Counted from the first letter of the stretch, positions 14,644 to 27,220 are shown. The stretch is DNA of 64,000 bases from Eledone cirrhosa (GCA_964016885.1 OZ024744.1:56544001-56608000), one strand, 5' to 3'. The notes: generated by a model not told the origin, from the sequence alone. Numbers and translations are program-made.

Positions 14644-14963
14644 TATATATATATATATATTCAAAACTGGGGATGCACAGGACAAAGACAATGAATAAAA
14701 CAACAGAAAGATGGACAGTCCCATCTCATCAGTCAACCTCTCAAAATCACTATGGTTTTGTGAATTAAGGTTGATACCTTTCATTCAAGTGCACATTGGG
14801 ACATAACATTATATATGATGAATTGGCAGTATTGGTAGAGGGTTGGACGCCATGCTTTCTAGCATAGTTACGTCCCTTTACAGTCTGAGTTCAAATCCCG
14901 CCAAGGTTTACTTTGCCTTTCATCCTTACGGGGTTGATAAAATAAAGTACCAGTAATGTACTG

Positions 14964-16451
14964 GCCATCAAAACCCTTAAGAATAACAAGTCACCAGGTA
15001 TGGATGGCATTTCTGCTGAAATGCTGAAGTCAGGAGGCGAAAGCATGGTCAAGTGGATGGGCCACTTATGTAATCTTGTGTGGAACACGGGTGAAGTCCC
15101 AGGAGATTGGAGAAACAGAGCGGTTGTCTGTATCCCCAAGAAGGGCAACCTTGCCGATTGTGACAACTGGAGGGGAGTGACACTTCTCTCCATACCAGGG
15201 AAGGTCTATTGTCTGATGATCCTGAACCGCATACGTGGCATGGTAGACCGGGAACTGCGAGAACAACAGGCAGGGTTCCGACCAAAACGTTCCTGTGCAG
15301 TGCAGATCTTTACGTTACGCCGCATCATTGAGAGGTACAACGAATTCCAGAGGCCCCTCGCCGTCAGCTTCATCGATTTCTCCAAAGCATTCGATAGCAT
15401 TCATCGACCGTCACTCTGGAGCATCATGCATGAGTATGGTCTGCCCCAGAAAGTCATTTCGGCAATCAAACAGATTTATGCAAACTCCAAGTGCTGCATA
15501 CGGACAGAGGATGGTTACAGTGACTGGTTTGAGGTGGTTACTGGTGTGCGTCAGGGTTGCTCGCTCTCTCCAATTCTCTTTGCCATAGCCATTGAGTGGG
15601 TACTAAGAAGAGCGTCTAAGGACCAGGGTATATCTTGGGTGGGAGAGCAAAAGTTGTCTGACCTGGACTTTGCGGACGATATTGTTGCACTTGCAGAGAG
15701 CAGAGCTGACATGCAAATCATTATGAACAATATCAATGTCGAAGCAGGAAGCTTAGGTCTCAATATCAGTGCTAAGAAGACCAAAAGCATGTTATCTGGG
15801 ACACACCCATCACCAACTGGTGTTTTCATAGAACAGGGGGAGGTGGAGATAGTGGACAACTTCACCTACCAAGGAAGCTCCATTGACAATGGGGGCGCCA
15901 TGGACAGTGAATTGCAATGTAGAATGGGAAAGGCTTCAGCAGCATTTAACCAGCTTGTCAAGATCTGGAAGCGCAGGAAGTTCACCCTCAAAACAAAGAT
16001 GAGATTCAACAACAGCAACGTGCTGTCCATACTCTTGTACGGAAGTGAAACATGGCACCTTAAGACCAGCCAAGAGAAGAAGTTGGACGCATTCGATTCC
16101 AGGTGTCTGCAAAAGGTCCTGGGGATTAAATGGAGTGACCATGTAACAAACCAGGAAGTCAGGAACTGCACCAACCAGCAGCTAGTCTCTTCTGCCATCT
16201 GCAAGCGACGCCTGGGCTGGTTTGGACACACTTTGAGACTTCCTCAGGAGAGACTGGCGAACCAAGTACTTAAATGGAACCCACAGGGAAGCAGACGGAG
16301 AGGGCGACCCAAAATGAACTGGCGCCAGACAGTTGAGAGGGACCTGCGAGCGACAAACAGACAATGGCGGGACGCTGTGCAACTGGCTGCTGACCAAACG
16401 TGGTGGAACACTATGATTGCCTCATGCGTCGCAAGACGCGGGAGCTTCTGA
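14964..16451 (+). CDS. RTE reverse transcriptase, 5'-truncated open frame
   Basis: KSPGMDGI, NWRGVTLLS, QQAGFR, FIDFSKAFDS, GVRQGCSLSP, LDFADDI, LLYGSETW, RRRGRPK; no stops. Confidence 0.85.
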   Translation, partial: AIKTLKNNKSPGMDGISAEMLKSGGESMVKWMGHLCNLVWNTGEVPGDWRNRAVVCIPKKGNLADCDNWRGVTLLSIPGKVYCLMILNRIRGMVDRELREQQAGFRPKRSCAVQIFTLRRIIERYNEFQRPLAVSFIDFSKAFDSIHRPSLWSIMHEYGLPQKVISAIKQIYANSKCCIRTEDGYSDWFEVVTGVRQGCSLSPILFAIAIEWVLRRASKDQGISWVGEQKLSDLDFADDIVALAESRADMQIIMNNINVEAGSLGLNISAKKTKSMLSGTHPSPTGVFIEQGEVEIVDNFTYQGSSIDNGGAMDSELQCRMGKASAAFNQLVKIWKRRKFTLKTKMRFNNSNVLSILLYGSETWHLKTSQEKKLDAFDSRCLQKVLGIKWSDHVTNQEVRNCTNQQLVSSAICKRRLGWFGHTLRLPQERLANQVLKWNPQGSRRRGRPKMNWRQTVERDLRATNRQWRDAVQLAADQTWWNTMIASCVARRGSF

Positions 16452-16462
16452 GTCTGAGTCTG
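14964..16462 (+). mobile_element. Young 5'-truncated RTE LINE (family C) with (CTGAGT)n tail and 9-bp TSD
   Basis: TSD aatgtactg at 14955-14963 and 16463-16471; uninterrupted RT reading frame. Confidence 0.92.
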
Positions 16463-17544
16463 AATGTACTGTGTAATTGCTGGCCGTGTGCCTAAAGTAG
16501 AAACAATTATATATATATATATGCATAGATATTATCATCCTCATCCTCCTCATCATCATATATATATGAGTGTGTGTGTGTTTATGTGTCCAGCATTTAT
16601 AATTCAAGTTTGAGAATTCTTGGTTGAAGAATGGCACCAAATGAAGGATGGCTGACTGGGAATGTGTTTTACTGAATACAAAGTTTTTTTTTAATAACAA
16701 TGTCCAACAAAATTTTTCGTATTTCTTTAAATTAGTAACTATGCTAACAAATATGGATACCGAATCATTTATCTGGATTCCAGAAATCTGAAAAGGCCTG
16801 AGAACTGGCTATTTTTTGAAACCCTTAAATAAAATTATGTTCTTTACTTTTCTTCATTTAATTTCATCCTATTTAATATATGATACAGGTATTCTAATCC
16901 TGTTTCTTTTTTGTTTGTTTTTGTTTTTGACCATAACCTAACGTTTTTGGTATGGCTTTGGTTGGAAATGAGTGCCTGCAATATAAAAACAATCATAGCT
17001 ATGAAATAAATCAACATAAGAAGCACTGGGCTCAGAAGGTGGACATTGAACATATTTCATATTAAGTTTTACTCATATCTGTTAAACAAAATTATATTCA
17101 ATTTTCATCCTGTAGATTGTATGAGGTACAGGTATTGTGTACAGATATTTTAATAATTTTAATAACTTTAGAAGGATATTATATTGTACCTTTATCTATA
17201 AAATAGAATTGTTCTTTACTTTTCTATGTTCAATTTCATCTTACATATATGCTACAAATATTCTAAACTGGTATTTTAATATTTTTACATGGATTATCAA
17301 ATATCAAACAGACCAAGCTTCAGATTAATTTTATCTGTTAGATACAATTTTGTTCTTTTATATTTAACTATATATTTAACCTGTTTTCAGAAATCCAGCA
17401 AATCCTGGCCATCCATGGTCCTAAGCTTTCTGAATAAATGGTTCAGTACCTGCATAAATCATGCAAATTAGTGCTAACTATAATGCAAACTATAATTAAA
17501 AACTGAGCAGAATGAAGTAATGACCAGATGATATCATGCATCTA

Positions 17545-18788
17545 CATGGTTGCTCAGTTCTTGAATGAATTTAGTAAAAGATGCATATATCATGAAAGAA
17601 GAGCTTTATTTGAGAAAATATTGACATGAGTAATTTTGAGACACTTCTTGAGGCATCTACTTAATGAATCCACCATTAGCCTCAATGACTGTTTCAATAT
17701 GATCTAAAATGTTGACATACCTGAATCAGATGATCTTTATCTATTTTGGATATTATGCTAGATATAGTGGACTTCAGAGACTTGATGGTGTTATGGGGAA
17801 GTTGATTGACTTTCCTCTCAACTATGTCCCATACTTAGTAGTCCAATAGATTCAGGTTTGGAGAGCTAGGAGGCCATATGTTTACAGTGACGTGATTATG
17901 GAGATTGTAATTCATCCATTCTTGGGTCGACTTGACCTTATGAGACTGTGCAGAGTCTTGATGGTAGGTGTACATTCTTCCTTTGCTCTCAGTTTCTATC
18001 TAAAGCCTCACAAGCTTCTTCAATACGTCATTATAGTCAGCAGCATTGACCCTTAAACCCTGTTGAAAGAAGTGAAGAGACATGACATCTCCCTTGTTGC
18101 TCACGATTCTCAGAACCATCAAAGTTGCCAGAAACTTTGTGTGCATGACTGTTGGAATGTCTTTGGGGGTCTCTGCATAACTATCTGTCATTTCTTTGGT
18201 TGACCTTTTGGTCCTGATCAAAGTTTTTCTCATCAGAGAAAAACGAAAGCATTCCAGGCTCTTGATGCTGCAGTTTACTCAACAAACACTTTGCACAGAT
18301 CAGACGGTTATCTTTTGTCTTTGCAGACATAAATTGGCCTCTCTGCATCCCTTGTGACTTGTAACGAAGGTCCTCATACACAATTCTTCCAACAGTCTGC
18401 CTTGAAAATTCAAGCTCTTTAGCAATGGCGCTAATTGACTTTCTGGGGTTCTTATCGATAATTTTCTGTACCTTTTGTATAAATTTGGGTGCTCTGATGG
18501 CATTAGGGCCCTTAGCAGGCGTTTTACCCTTCGCTATTACTATAGAATCTCCGTAAACAGCTTCCAGCTCTTTGCGAACTCGGGCAACAAATGACTGTGC
18601 AACTTTAAGGAAATTATCAATCTCTAAAACATTATATTCTGCCTTTAAGGCAATGATTACAGTGTGCCTTTTCATCTACTGAGTTAGCTTGATGTATGTC
18701 ACCATTTATCTGAAAATATATGATAATCAGAACAAATTAGAAAAAAGAGCTATTAAAAGACATGTTCTTAAAGAACTGAGCAACCATG
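17545..18788 (-). mobile_element. Full-length, defective Tc1/mariner transposon (maT/DD37D-like)
   Basis: Perfect 18-bp TIRs catggttgctcagttctt (17545-17562) / aagaactgagcaaccatg (18771-18788), TA on both sides. Transposase fragments: HTH, FFSDEKNFDQDQKVNQRNDR, HTKF, HQDSA, WPPSSPNLNLLDY. Confidence 0.92.
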
Positions 18789-19256
18789 TAATGTATCTGT
18801 TATTATAATAAATGTGTAGTGACCTACATTCCGCGGGCTCATATACATTCTCCATGCGTTATTTGGCTCAGCCCAGCTAATGACCGCCAGTGGAGGAGAA
18901 TGTATCTCCATGCGCCCTGAGGAAAAAATTCCTGCGTCGATTCGAGAAATCTCTCTCTTGCATTCCGACAGCGCTAAGGTAAACAACTGCTTTTCTTTCG
19001 CCGTGAAATCACTGGCCAATATGTAACACAACAATTTAACCATGGCCTGGCAACACTTCAGCCAGTAGACTGTGCCTTTCTGAAAATCTTAATTCATTTG
19101 TTTTATTTCTCTTGGCATGCCTGCTCTACTCAGCTCAACCTTTGTTAATAAATAATGTAAAACAAGCTAAAGTCGTTGTCAATATTCCTACCATATCTTT
19201 CTACCGAACTGGTTACTCATGGTGATATAACTATTACATTACTACATCTATATAAT

Positions 19257-19350
19257 TGTTTCTACTTTTGGCACAAGGCCAGCAATTACCAGTGCATTAC
19301 TGGTACTTTATTTTATCAACCCCGTAAGGATGAAAGGCAAAGTAAACCTC
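19257..19350 (-). mobile_element. 5'-truncated Meta-like SINE inserted in the 5' LTR
   Basis: Absent from the 3' LTR; TSD atataat at 19250-19256 and 19351-19357. Confidence 0.88.
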
Positions 19351-19449
19351 ATATAATACTGCTAAGACGGAGGAGTATATAAGTATGAAATGTTCCTTTA
19401 AAATATAAAATATATATATACATTAACGAAGCATGCTTTCTGTTAAAAG

Positions 19450-19506
19450 TGGTGACCCCGATGAGATTCGAACCACACATCATTCTGTTAAAAGTGGTGA
19501 CCCCGA
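19450..19506 (+). other. Extended and duplicated tRNA-Trp primer-binding site
   Basis: tggtgaccccgatgagattcgaaccacacatcattctg resembles the complement of the tRNA-Trp 3' half; a second tggtgaccccga lies at 19495-19506. Confidence 0.8.
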
Positions 19507-21810
19507 AAAAAAAAAAAATAATAGGAACTGGTGTTGTAAAATTAATTAGCAGTATTTCACAAACATTTTTTAAACACGAACACGAGGAAATTTCAAAATG
19601 TCTACCGACAAGTCTTCTACCATCAACTATAAACAAGATCAGCAGCAGCAACACATGGTTAACTACTAACCAACAACAGGGAATAGCGATGTGGCAGCTT
19701 TATAGCCTTACCGATGCAACCACCACACCTTCTGACTCGTTACAACGGTGACTCAAGAATTAAAACAACAAGTCTTCTCACCACTATGGCGTCAGATGTG
19801 GCGTTCATAATATTGGTGACTCTAAAGTTGTCTTCAGCCATTCGACTTCGATTCTACAGAAGATTTACTGTGACTTCACTTCGATAACAACAACAACAAC
19901 AACAATTCTACTAGCTTTCCAAAGAAATTTCAAAGAAAAGAAAAGGCGAACTTTTTGTTAAAAATCAATTCTTTCTTTCTCTTTTTACAGGCAATGTTTG
20001 GACATTTATTTTTTAAAACTGTATTATATGAAAATTCATTTTTCTCCATCATTGTATATATGACTGCATGCTCACATTTTCTTTGCTGTATTACATGCCT
20101 GCATATGCACACACATTTCGTTGACACACACCAACATGTTGTTGTCTATAGTATATGATATTCAAACGTAATTTTCTGCGAGATCCCTTTTCACCTTCTG
20201 GAGGTACCAAAACATGCTATCGACACTTTGCAGCTTAATTCACCTGCACCGCAACATGGGAATGCTAATTGCAGCTGGATTCAAACAGTTCACATCTCGT
20301 TACACACTTATCGTCCTATAGCAAAACAACTTCCATCTTGTTACTTTACCCGACTCACTGGGAAAACAACAAATGGAACTGAACCTGTCAGCATTTCCAC
20401 CATTTCTCCTATGGATTCGCCAGAATAATGGAATTTACACTTAAACTACTATCCACCTACAGATTCAACTTGCTTTTTTCTTTTCAAAGCAACCAGCCAT
20501 TTTTTTTCCTGACTGCCTAGCACTTCCGGCAATTCATCTGGGAGGCCAACAATTTATCGCCTACCCATTATCTTCTTGCCAGCTTTGCTACATTTACCAT
20601 AACAGCCATACAGCTACCATAACATCTTCATCCACAGCTACTGGTACAGCACTTACCATTAACATTTAATGCAAGAACAGCAACTTCGCCCATGTCAGAC
20701 TTTATTCGTTTTCTGTTAGATCCCTGGTGGTCACGTATAAATAGCAAAACAGCTAGTCATTTAACACAGCAGCTCAACACGGCCCTTAGCGCCTCATTTT
20801 TCTTCTTGCATGCATTCTTTGGTTCAATTTTTTCATTGATGTGCTCTTTCAGCATTTTTCCCTGCTGATTCAATAATATTTATCGTCTTGCAACTAGGAA
20901 GGGGGTATTGTAGTGACCTACATTCTGAGGGCTCATATACATTCTCCATGCGTTATTTGGCTCAGCCCAGCCAATGACCGCAAGTGGAGGAGAATGTATC
21001 TCTACGCGCCCTGAGGAAAAAATTCCTGTGTCGATTCGAGAAATCTCTCTCTTGCATTCCGACAGCGCTAAGGTAAACAACTGCTTTTCTTTCGCCGTGA
21101 AATCACTGGCCAATATGTAACACAAAAATTTAACCATGGCCTGGCAACACTTCAGCCAGTAGACCATGCCTTTCTGAAAATCTTAATTCGTTTGTTTTAT
21201 TTCTCTTGGCATGCCAGCTCTACTCAGCTCAATCTTTGTTAATAAATAATGTAAAACAAGCTAAAGTCTTTGTCGATATTCCTATCATATCTTTCTACCA
21301 AACTGGTTACTCATGGCACTATAACTATTGCATTACTACATCTATATAATACTGCTAAGACGGAGGAGTATATAAGTATGAAATGCTCCTTTAAAATATA
21401 AATATATATATACATCAACCAACCATGCTTCTGTTAAAAATGCATTAAGCATGCAGCTTGTTATTGATTCATTTGGAATGGATATATCAAATGATAGACA
21501 GCATAAAACTGGCCATGGACTTTGATTGATAAGATAAGAAGTACTAACTCTTAACGTCCTGCACCACATGAAACCACATTAGAAAGACATACTTGAAAAG
21601 CACAAAACCACAATAATTACATTATCTTAAGATTTAAAATCGTTACTCTAATACTGCAAATTTTTACAATGATTTGTCCACTAGTAAAGTGTTTTAGATA
21701 TTTTCTGCTAAATCCTTACAAGATGTTTAGAGTTAAAAATTGCTGAAACAGAGGATGGTAAAGAAACATTACTTAAATATTTTATAGTTATTATTATTAT
21801 TACTAAAGAT

Positions 21811-22470
21811 ACACTATAAATGTGGTTGGTGTTAGGAAGGGCATCCAGCTGTAGAAAACCCGCCAGACAGTCCACGCTGTAATGTGGCCATGTAGGCAAC
21901 ACGGTAAAAACCTCCCAGCCCCACACTGTAAATGTGGTTGGTGTTAGGAAGGGCATCCAGCTGTAGAAAACCCGCCAGACAGTCCTATGCAAGCAAGACA
22001 ATCACTCTTGCCTCAAGTGGGAAAACCCCCGTCCAAACCCATGCAAGCGTGGAACACGGACGTTAAACGATGATGATGATGATGATGATGATGATGATAC
22101 ATAGGCATCTATTAACCAAATATACACCCCCAACCCACTACTCCTACCCATCCTCCCACTTCCACCCATACCACTCTTTCTCTGTAAAGTTATGTTAGTA
22201 CCACAGAACATCCAGTCCACTCTAAAGTGGCCATGTAGGTGTCACGACAAAAAACACCCAGTCCACGCTGTAAAGTGGTCGTGTAGGAGATACGGTAAAA
22301 AGGTTCCCAGCCCACACTGTAAATGTGGTTGGTGTTAGGAAGGGCATCCAGCCGTAGAAAACCTGCCAGATACAGTCACCCAATCAATCTTGCCACAAGT
22401 GGGACAATTCCTGTCTAACCCATGCTAGCATGGACGATAAACATTAAACGATGATGTTGATGATGATGAT
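21811..22470 (+). mobile_element. Two tandem RTE family A 3' UTR fragments with (GAT)n tails
   Basis: Same sequence as the UTR attached to the RTE ORF at 49300-49675 (opposite strand). Confidence 0.8.
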
Positions 22471-22889
22471 ACTTCAGTAGTTTGGTGTGAGCAACTGAGA
22501 GGAAAATGTTTACATCTAAGAGGGTAAGTGTGAAAAGCAACGGACGGGGAAGTGGTGGAAAAGTGGAAGGGTGCAAAGCCATCTCTGCCAAACAACGAAC
22601 TGGAAGGTGGTGAATAGTGGGGAGATATGATGATGTTAGAGCATGGAGCTTGCTAAAGTTGAAGTTGATAAAACATTAAACATTAAAACTTGGAGGTTTA
22701 TGAAACTGACTGAGAATCAAATACAGGAATGAATAAATAAATAAAAACAAAACAAAACAGTATAAATAGAATAAGTAAATCTTAGCTGTTTGGTCTTTCA
22801 TAGCAGAAACAAGTTGGATTTTCTATGTGGGACTGAAAAATGAAGTGTGCATGTTATCCCACTTGCATGGGAAGACAAGTATTCTGTAA

Positions 22890-23262
22890 TATGACATGTC
22901 ACCATATATCTTGATTCTTGGTCATCTCGGTCCAAAATTTTCTATAAACTCGATCGACTTCGAGAGTTCTGCATTTTTTATGCAGTTATCACCCTCCATA
23001 TGCATCACATGTCTAAACCAACACAATCTCCTCTTTTGCACTCTGCATCTGATCCCATTTATACATAGTTTCTCTCTCAGTTCATTGATGTTTCATCAAA
23101 TATGTATACTACTAGCCCATATCCATCAGAGCATGTTCACCTCATTTCTTTCCAATCTTTGTAAGTTCTCCTCACAAAAAGCTCAAATTTCACTTCCATG
23201 CAGCTCTGCTGTTTGCAATGCAAGTATCATACAATCTGCCTTTCACTCAGAGGAAGAAACCC
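22890..23262 (-). mobile_element. Old RTE family A C-terminal fragment
   Basis: The antisense translation parallels that of 54011-54505 (SMFTSFLSNL...QISLPC). Confidence 0.7.
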
Positions 23263-23597
23263 CTTGTGGCTTAGTGGTTAGAGCATTGGGCTTGCAATCA
23301 GAAGGTTGTGAGTTCAGACTGAGTGATGTGTTGCATCTTTGAACAAGACACTTTATTTCACGTTGCTCCAGTTTATTCAGCTGTAGAAATGAGTTGTGAT
23401 GTCACTGGTGTCAAGCTGTATCGCCCATTGCCTTTGCCTTGGGCATCATTGGTGGTGTGGAGAGGGGAGACTGGTATACAGGGGCAACTGCTGGTCTTCC
23501 ACAAACAACTTTGCCCAGACTTGTGCCTCGGAAGGAAACTTTCTAGGTGTAAATCCCATGGTCATTCATGACCGAAGGTTTTTTTTACCCTTTACCC
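23263..23597 (+). mobile_element. tRNA-derived CORE-like SINE
   Basis: tggcttagtggttagagc (A-box), gagttcagact (B-box), caagacactttatttcacgttgctccagtttattcagctgtagaaatgag (CORE-like), tttaccc tail. Confidence 0.75.
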
Positions 23598-23960
23598 TAT
23601 ATATATATAGGTAGGGTAAAGACCTCCTTCGGTCATGATATATATATTATAATTATAGAATAAATAACCGAATGAATCTACATCGTATATCCCACTTCTC
23701 TCTCTCTCATATATATATATATATACAGTATATATATATATTCTAAACCCATGCTAGTGTGGAAGATAGACATTAAACGATGATGATGATATATATATAT
23801 AACAAAGGAAGTGTGATAAGGAACCAGGTGGAACATAATGCACCAGAGTACTTGATACTTAGAGTAGTAGAGTGGGTAATAGGAAAAAAGTCAGGACCCC
23901 GACGGCTGAGCTCCGGCTGTTTCATTCAGATTTACCTGTCGACTCTTTTCCTATATACCT

Positions 23961-24020
<60 letters not shown>

Positions 24021-24026
<6 letters not shown>

Positions 24027-25340
24027 GAATTAATAAATAGAATTAATAATAGAAATTTAAACCCTAACCAAAATAACCAAAATAGCAGTAATATCTCTAC
24101 CAATATCCAACATAATAGTACCGTTCCGAACAACAACAAATGTAACTGTAGAATTAAATCAAACTGTCCTTTACAAAATAAGTGTTTAGATAAAAACGTG
24201 GTCTATAAATGTACAGTTAAAACTAGTGATAATATATTTAACTATGTCGGTGCAACTTCTACAGAATTTAAAATTCGCTGGAATAACCACAATTTTTCTT
24301 TCCGAAGATTTGATAAAAAATCTTCAACTTCTCTTTCAAACCTGATATGGAACTTAAAATGCAAGAATATGGACTATTCATTATCTTGGGAAATAGTTTC
24401 AAAAGCACCCGTGTACCGAAACACAGCTTTATCTAGATTCTGCAAATTGTGTATTGAGGACATTTTTTTCATACTTAAATGTAAGAACTCTATTAATCTA
24501 AGAACAAATTTATTTAATTCTTGTAGACATCGCCTAAATTCAACATTCAGAACTATATATAACTTATAAATTATACTTATAATATTTCTACTTATTTCCA
24601 TAACAATCTCATCCACTTGCTTTTAATATATTTTTTCCGTATATTCCTAATTTAATTCAACTTAATATTTATTTACATTAAATACAAAACCAATATCCCT
24701 CATAACTCATTAGAACAATTATCTATAACATGGATATACCCATCTATTTATTTATTTATTTATTTATTTACTTATTTATTTATTTATTTATTTATGTATT
24801 TATTTATCTACTTATAACAGAAGAAAAATATTATATTATAAACAAATTTTAAACAACTAATAATCGTAAATACACTTACTATTAAGATATATATACCGTC
24901 TAACCCATGCTAGCGTGGAAAGTGGATGTTAAACGAAGATGATGATGAGATGATGATATATACTTAGAATATATTTCCCTCAAATTAACGTTATATGAGT
25001 TTTATTCATCTTTTCTTGTTTCTTTCTTCTCTCTCTCTCTCTAGCACTATTTTATCTTCTATCTTTTCTCTCTCTCCATAGTCGTTTAAATAAACGGTTG
25101 TTTTTCAATTATTTACATATTCATTTGCATATTCACACATAAGTTTGAAAAATCCCTAATATATTTCCACTATCCAGTGAATTTCCAACCGATAAGGTAT
25201 GATTTTCATGGGTACGTCTCTATTTATAAAACAAACTTTGTATTTTATCTGATGAAAGCGTACCAATGTTGTCTTGGTTGCCCTTGAAATATATATAATA
25301 AAATAAATATGGTTTTATAAATATAGTTTCCATTTATTTA
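24021..25340 (+). mobile_element. 5'-truncated Penelope-like element (Naiad-like): GIY-YIG endonuclease and 3' region
   Basis: Open frame 24021-24569: CNC-x5-CPL-x3-C, VVYKC...YVGAT...FKIRWNNH, CKLC, N.RT...SCRH. A hammerhead lies downstream. Confidence 0.85.
25241..25305 (+). ncRNA. Minimal type I hammerhead ribozyme
   Basis: Stem I tattttat/ataaaata (8/8); CTGATGA at 25249-25255; stem II aagcgtaccaa/ttggttgccctt; GAAA at 25286-25289; T-ATAT-A mini stem III; UA cleavage site. Confidence 0.82.
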
Positions 25341-25439
25341 ATATCATTGTATATATATATATTTCAATGTGTGAAGGTTCAAGAGTCTTCTCAGTTCAAT
25401 TTTTATGGTTATACCTTAAATGGTACTTAAGTCCAGCTA

Positions 25440-25695
25440 ATACAGATGACAGGATTTTGAGCGAGGCAGGATGGAAGGTTTCATTGAATTCTGTTGTTAG
25501 ATCTTAGATCACAAAGACGAATCAGACAATATTTTTCAAAGTTCTTTATACCTTCATGAACAACAGTTCTCCATTTTTCATAGTCAGCAGCTATAGCTTC
25601 AAAAGAAGTAACAGGTATGTTTACAGATTTAAGATTATTCTTCAGTTTGTCTTTATATCTGAGTAATGGTTTGCCTATATTATGTGCACCACGAT
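25440..25695 (-). mobile_element. RTE-clade C-terminal fragment
   Basis: G...GKPLLRYKDKLKNNLK...WR..VHEG, typical of RTE/BovB-like C-termini. Confidence 0.6.
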
Positions 25696-26094
25696 AAAAT
25701 AAAGTACCAGTAATGCACTGGGTAATTGCTGGCCTTGTGCCAAAAGTAGAAACAATTATGTGCACCATTATGAAATTGACTGTATAACAGGACCTTGGGT
25801 ATGTGATCCTTAGTCATTTTTAAGCATGACTAGCCTGTCTAAGTTGGAATTGCATCAGAAATGACTTAATCCCACCAATGTTATACTTCATGAACAGATT
25901 GGCATTGCAGACTCTGTCAAAAAGTGCCACAACCACAGATAGAGAGAAGACAATGTTTATGGAAGACATCAAGCTTATAAATGTGGGTGCTATAAAGTGT
26001 CCATGACTCCAAGCTACTTTTGTGTTGTCAGTACCACTGCAAGATAAACTGCAACTTTTGTTTTCAGGGATATACCTCTGACACCCCATAGATG

Positions 26095-27220
26095 ATGATG
26101 TAGCTTTCAACATGGTACACCATGCATACCTCTGGAAAATTATCAAGCTCATTGGCATACCTCCCAAGATCACCACCCTGTTCCAATGGCACTATAGCAG
26201 TGCCAAGAGCTGTGTGCAAGTGAACAGAAAGGACACTGACTGCTTCCCCATCAACAGAGTGTCAAACAGGGCTGCACGGCTGTTCCCAACCTCTTTAACT
26301 GTGTCACCAGCTATCTGATGACTAAGGTCTGTGAACGAGTTTCTGGCACTACCTTCAGTAACTACCACCTTACCAACCTGGAAAATAGAGAGAGAGAGAG
26401 AGAGGTGTACACACACCCTATTCAGCAACTCAATCAATCAGCTCAGGGATGCACTGACCATATACCGGGAGGATTCAGCAAAGCTTAGCCTTCAGGTCAA
26501 CTGGCCAAAGACCAAGAGGATGCATGTCAGTAATGGCTTGGATTCTCCTCTGCTTCATATTGGCTCCAACATTATGGAGTTTGTCAGCTCCTTCATTTAC
26601 CTGGGCTCCATAGTCACCAACTAGAAACCAGACCCTGGAGATAAACTGCAGATGTGGTCTGGCTGTCAGGGTCATGCATTCCTTATGGAAGCCCTTTTGG
26701 TGCCACAGTTTAATTTTTCAGAAGACGAAGCTCCATATCTACAATGTGTCAGTCCTCTCATTCTCCTCTATGGCCCCTCACAAAGACCCTGGCAAAGAGG
26801 ATCGACAGCTTTGATTGTAGAGCCCCAAGGACCATTGAGAACATCAGATGGTACCTCCACATTTCTAACAAACAACTGTGTTCACACACGCATCAGCCTA
26901 CAGCCTCCCACCTCATAGCCATCCACTGCATGCACTAGTACAATCATGTCCTCCGCATCTCACCAAATCATTCTACCAGGGCTTTATTCTTGTGATGCAG
27001 CAGCTGTGAGCTAGAAGAGGCCCCCATGGCAGGCCTCACACTAGATGGGTGGATGTCATTAAGAAAGGATCTCCAGAGGCTTGACGTCACCTTGGAGGAT
27101 GCAGAGGGGGTGACACAAAACCACCAGTGAGGGAGGGCACTGATAGACCTGGTTGATTCTGCACACGATGACACCTCTGGGATCACTGACCAAAGATGAC
27201 CTCAGTCCCATTGAGCAAGT
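26095..27220 (+). mobile_element. Degenerate RTE-clade LINE fragment
   Basis: LWKIIKLIGIPPK, LQVNWPKTK, FVSSFIYLGS across frames. Confidence 0.7.

Larger units (their letters stand above)
14822..16510 (+). mobile_element. tRNA-derived SINE (Meta-domain-like) split by an RTE insertion; SINE parts 14822-14963 and 16463-16510
   Basis: A-box tggcagtattgg, B-box gagttcaaatccc, gcctttcatccttacggggttgataaaataaagtaccag; the tail taattgctggccgtgtgcctaaagtagaaacaattat resumes after the LINE. Confidence 0.8.
18815..21438 (+). mobile_element. Non-autonomous LTR retroelement (Gypsy-like; LTRs 18815-19447 and 20909-21438)
   Basis: Two highly similar ~530-bp direct repeats starting tgtagtgacc; tRNA-Trp PBS at 19450; PPT aggaaggggg at 20896-20905; 4-bp TSD aatg (18811-18814, 21439-21442); no recognisable gag/pol in the 1.45 kb interior. 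Confidence 0.9.

Noticed and set aside
18768-21167. Duplicated 91/95-aa ORFs
   Set aside because: Antisense frames within the two LTR copies, with no recognisable domain.
23881-23955. Minus-strand GAAA-cagc...gccg-TC resembling hammerhead stem III
   Set aside because: No CUGANGA core or matching stem I found; at most a truncated remnant.
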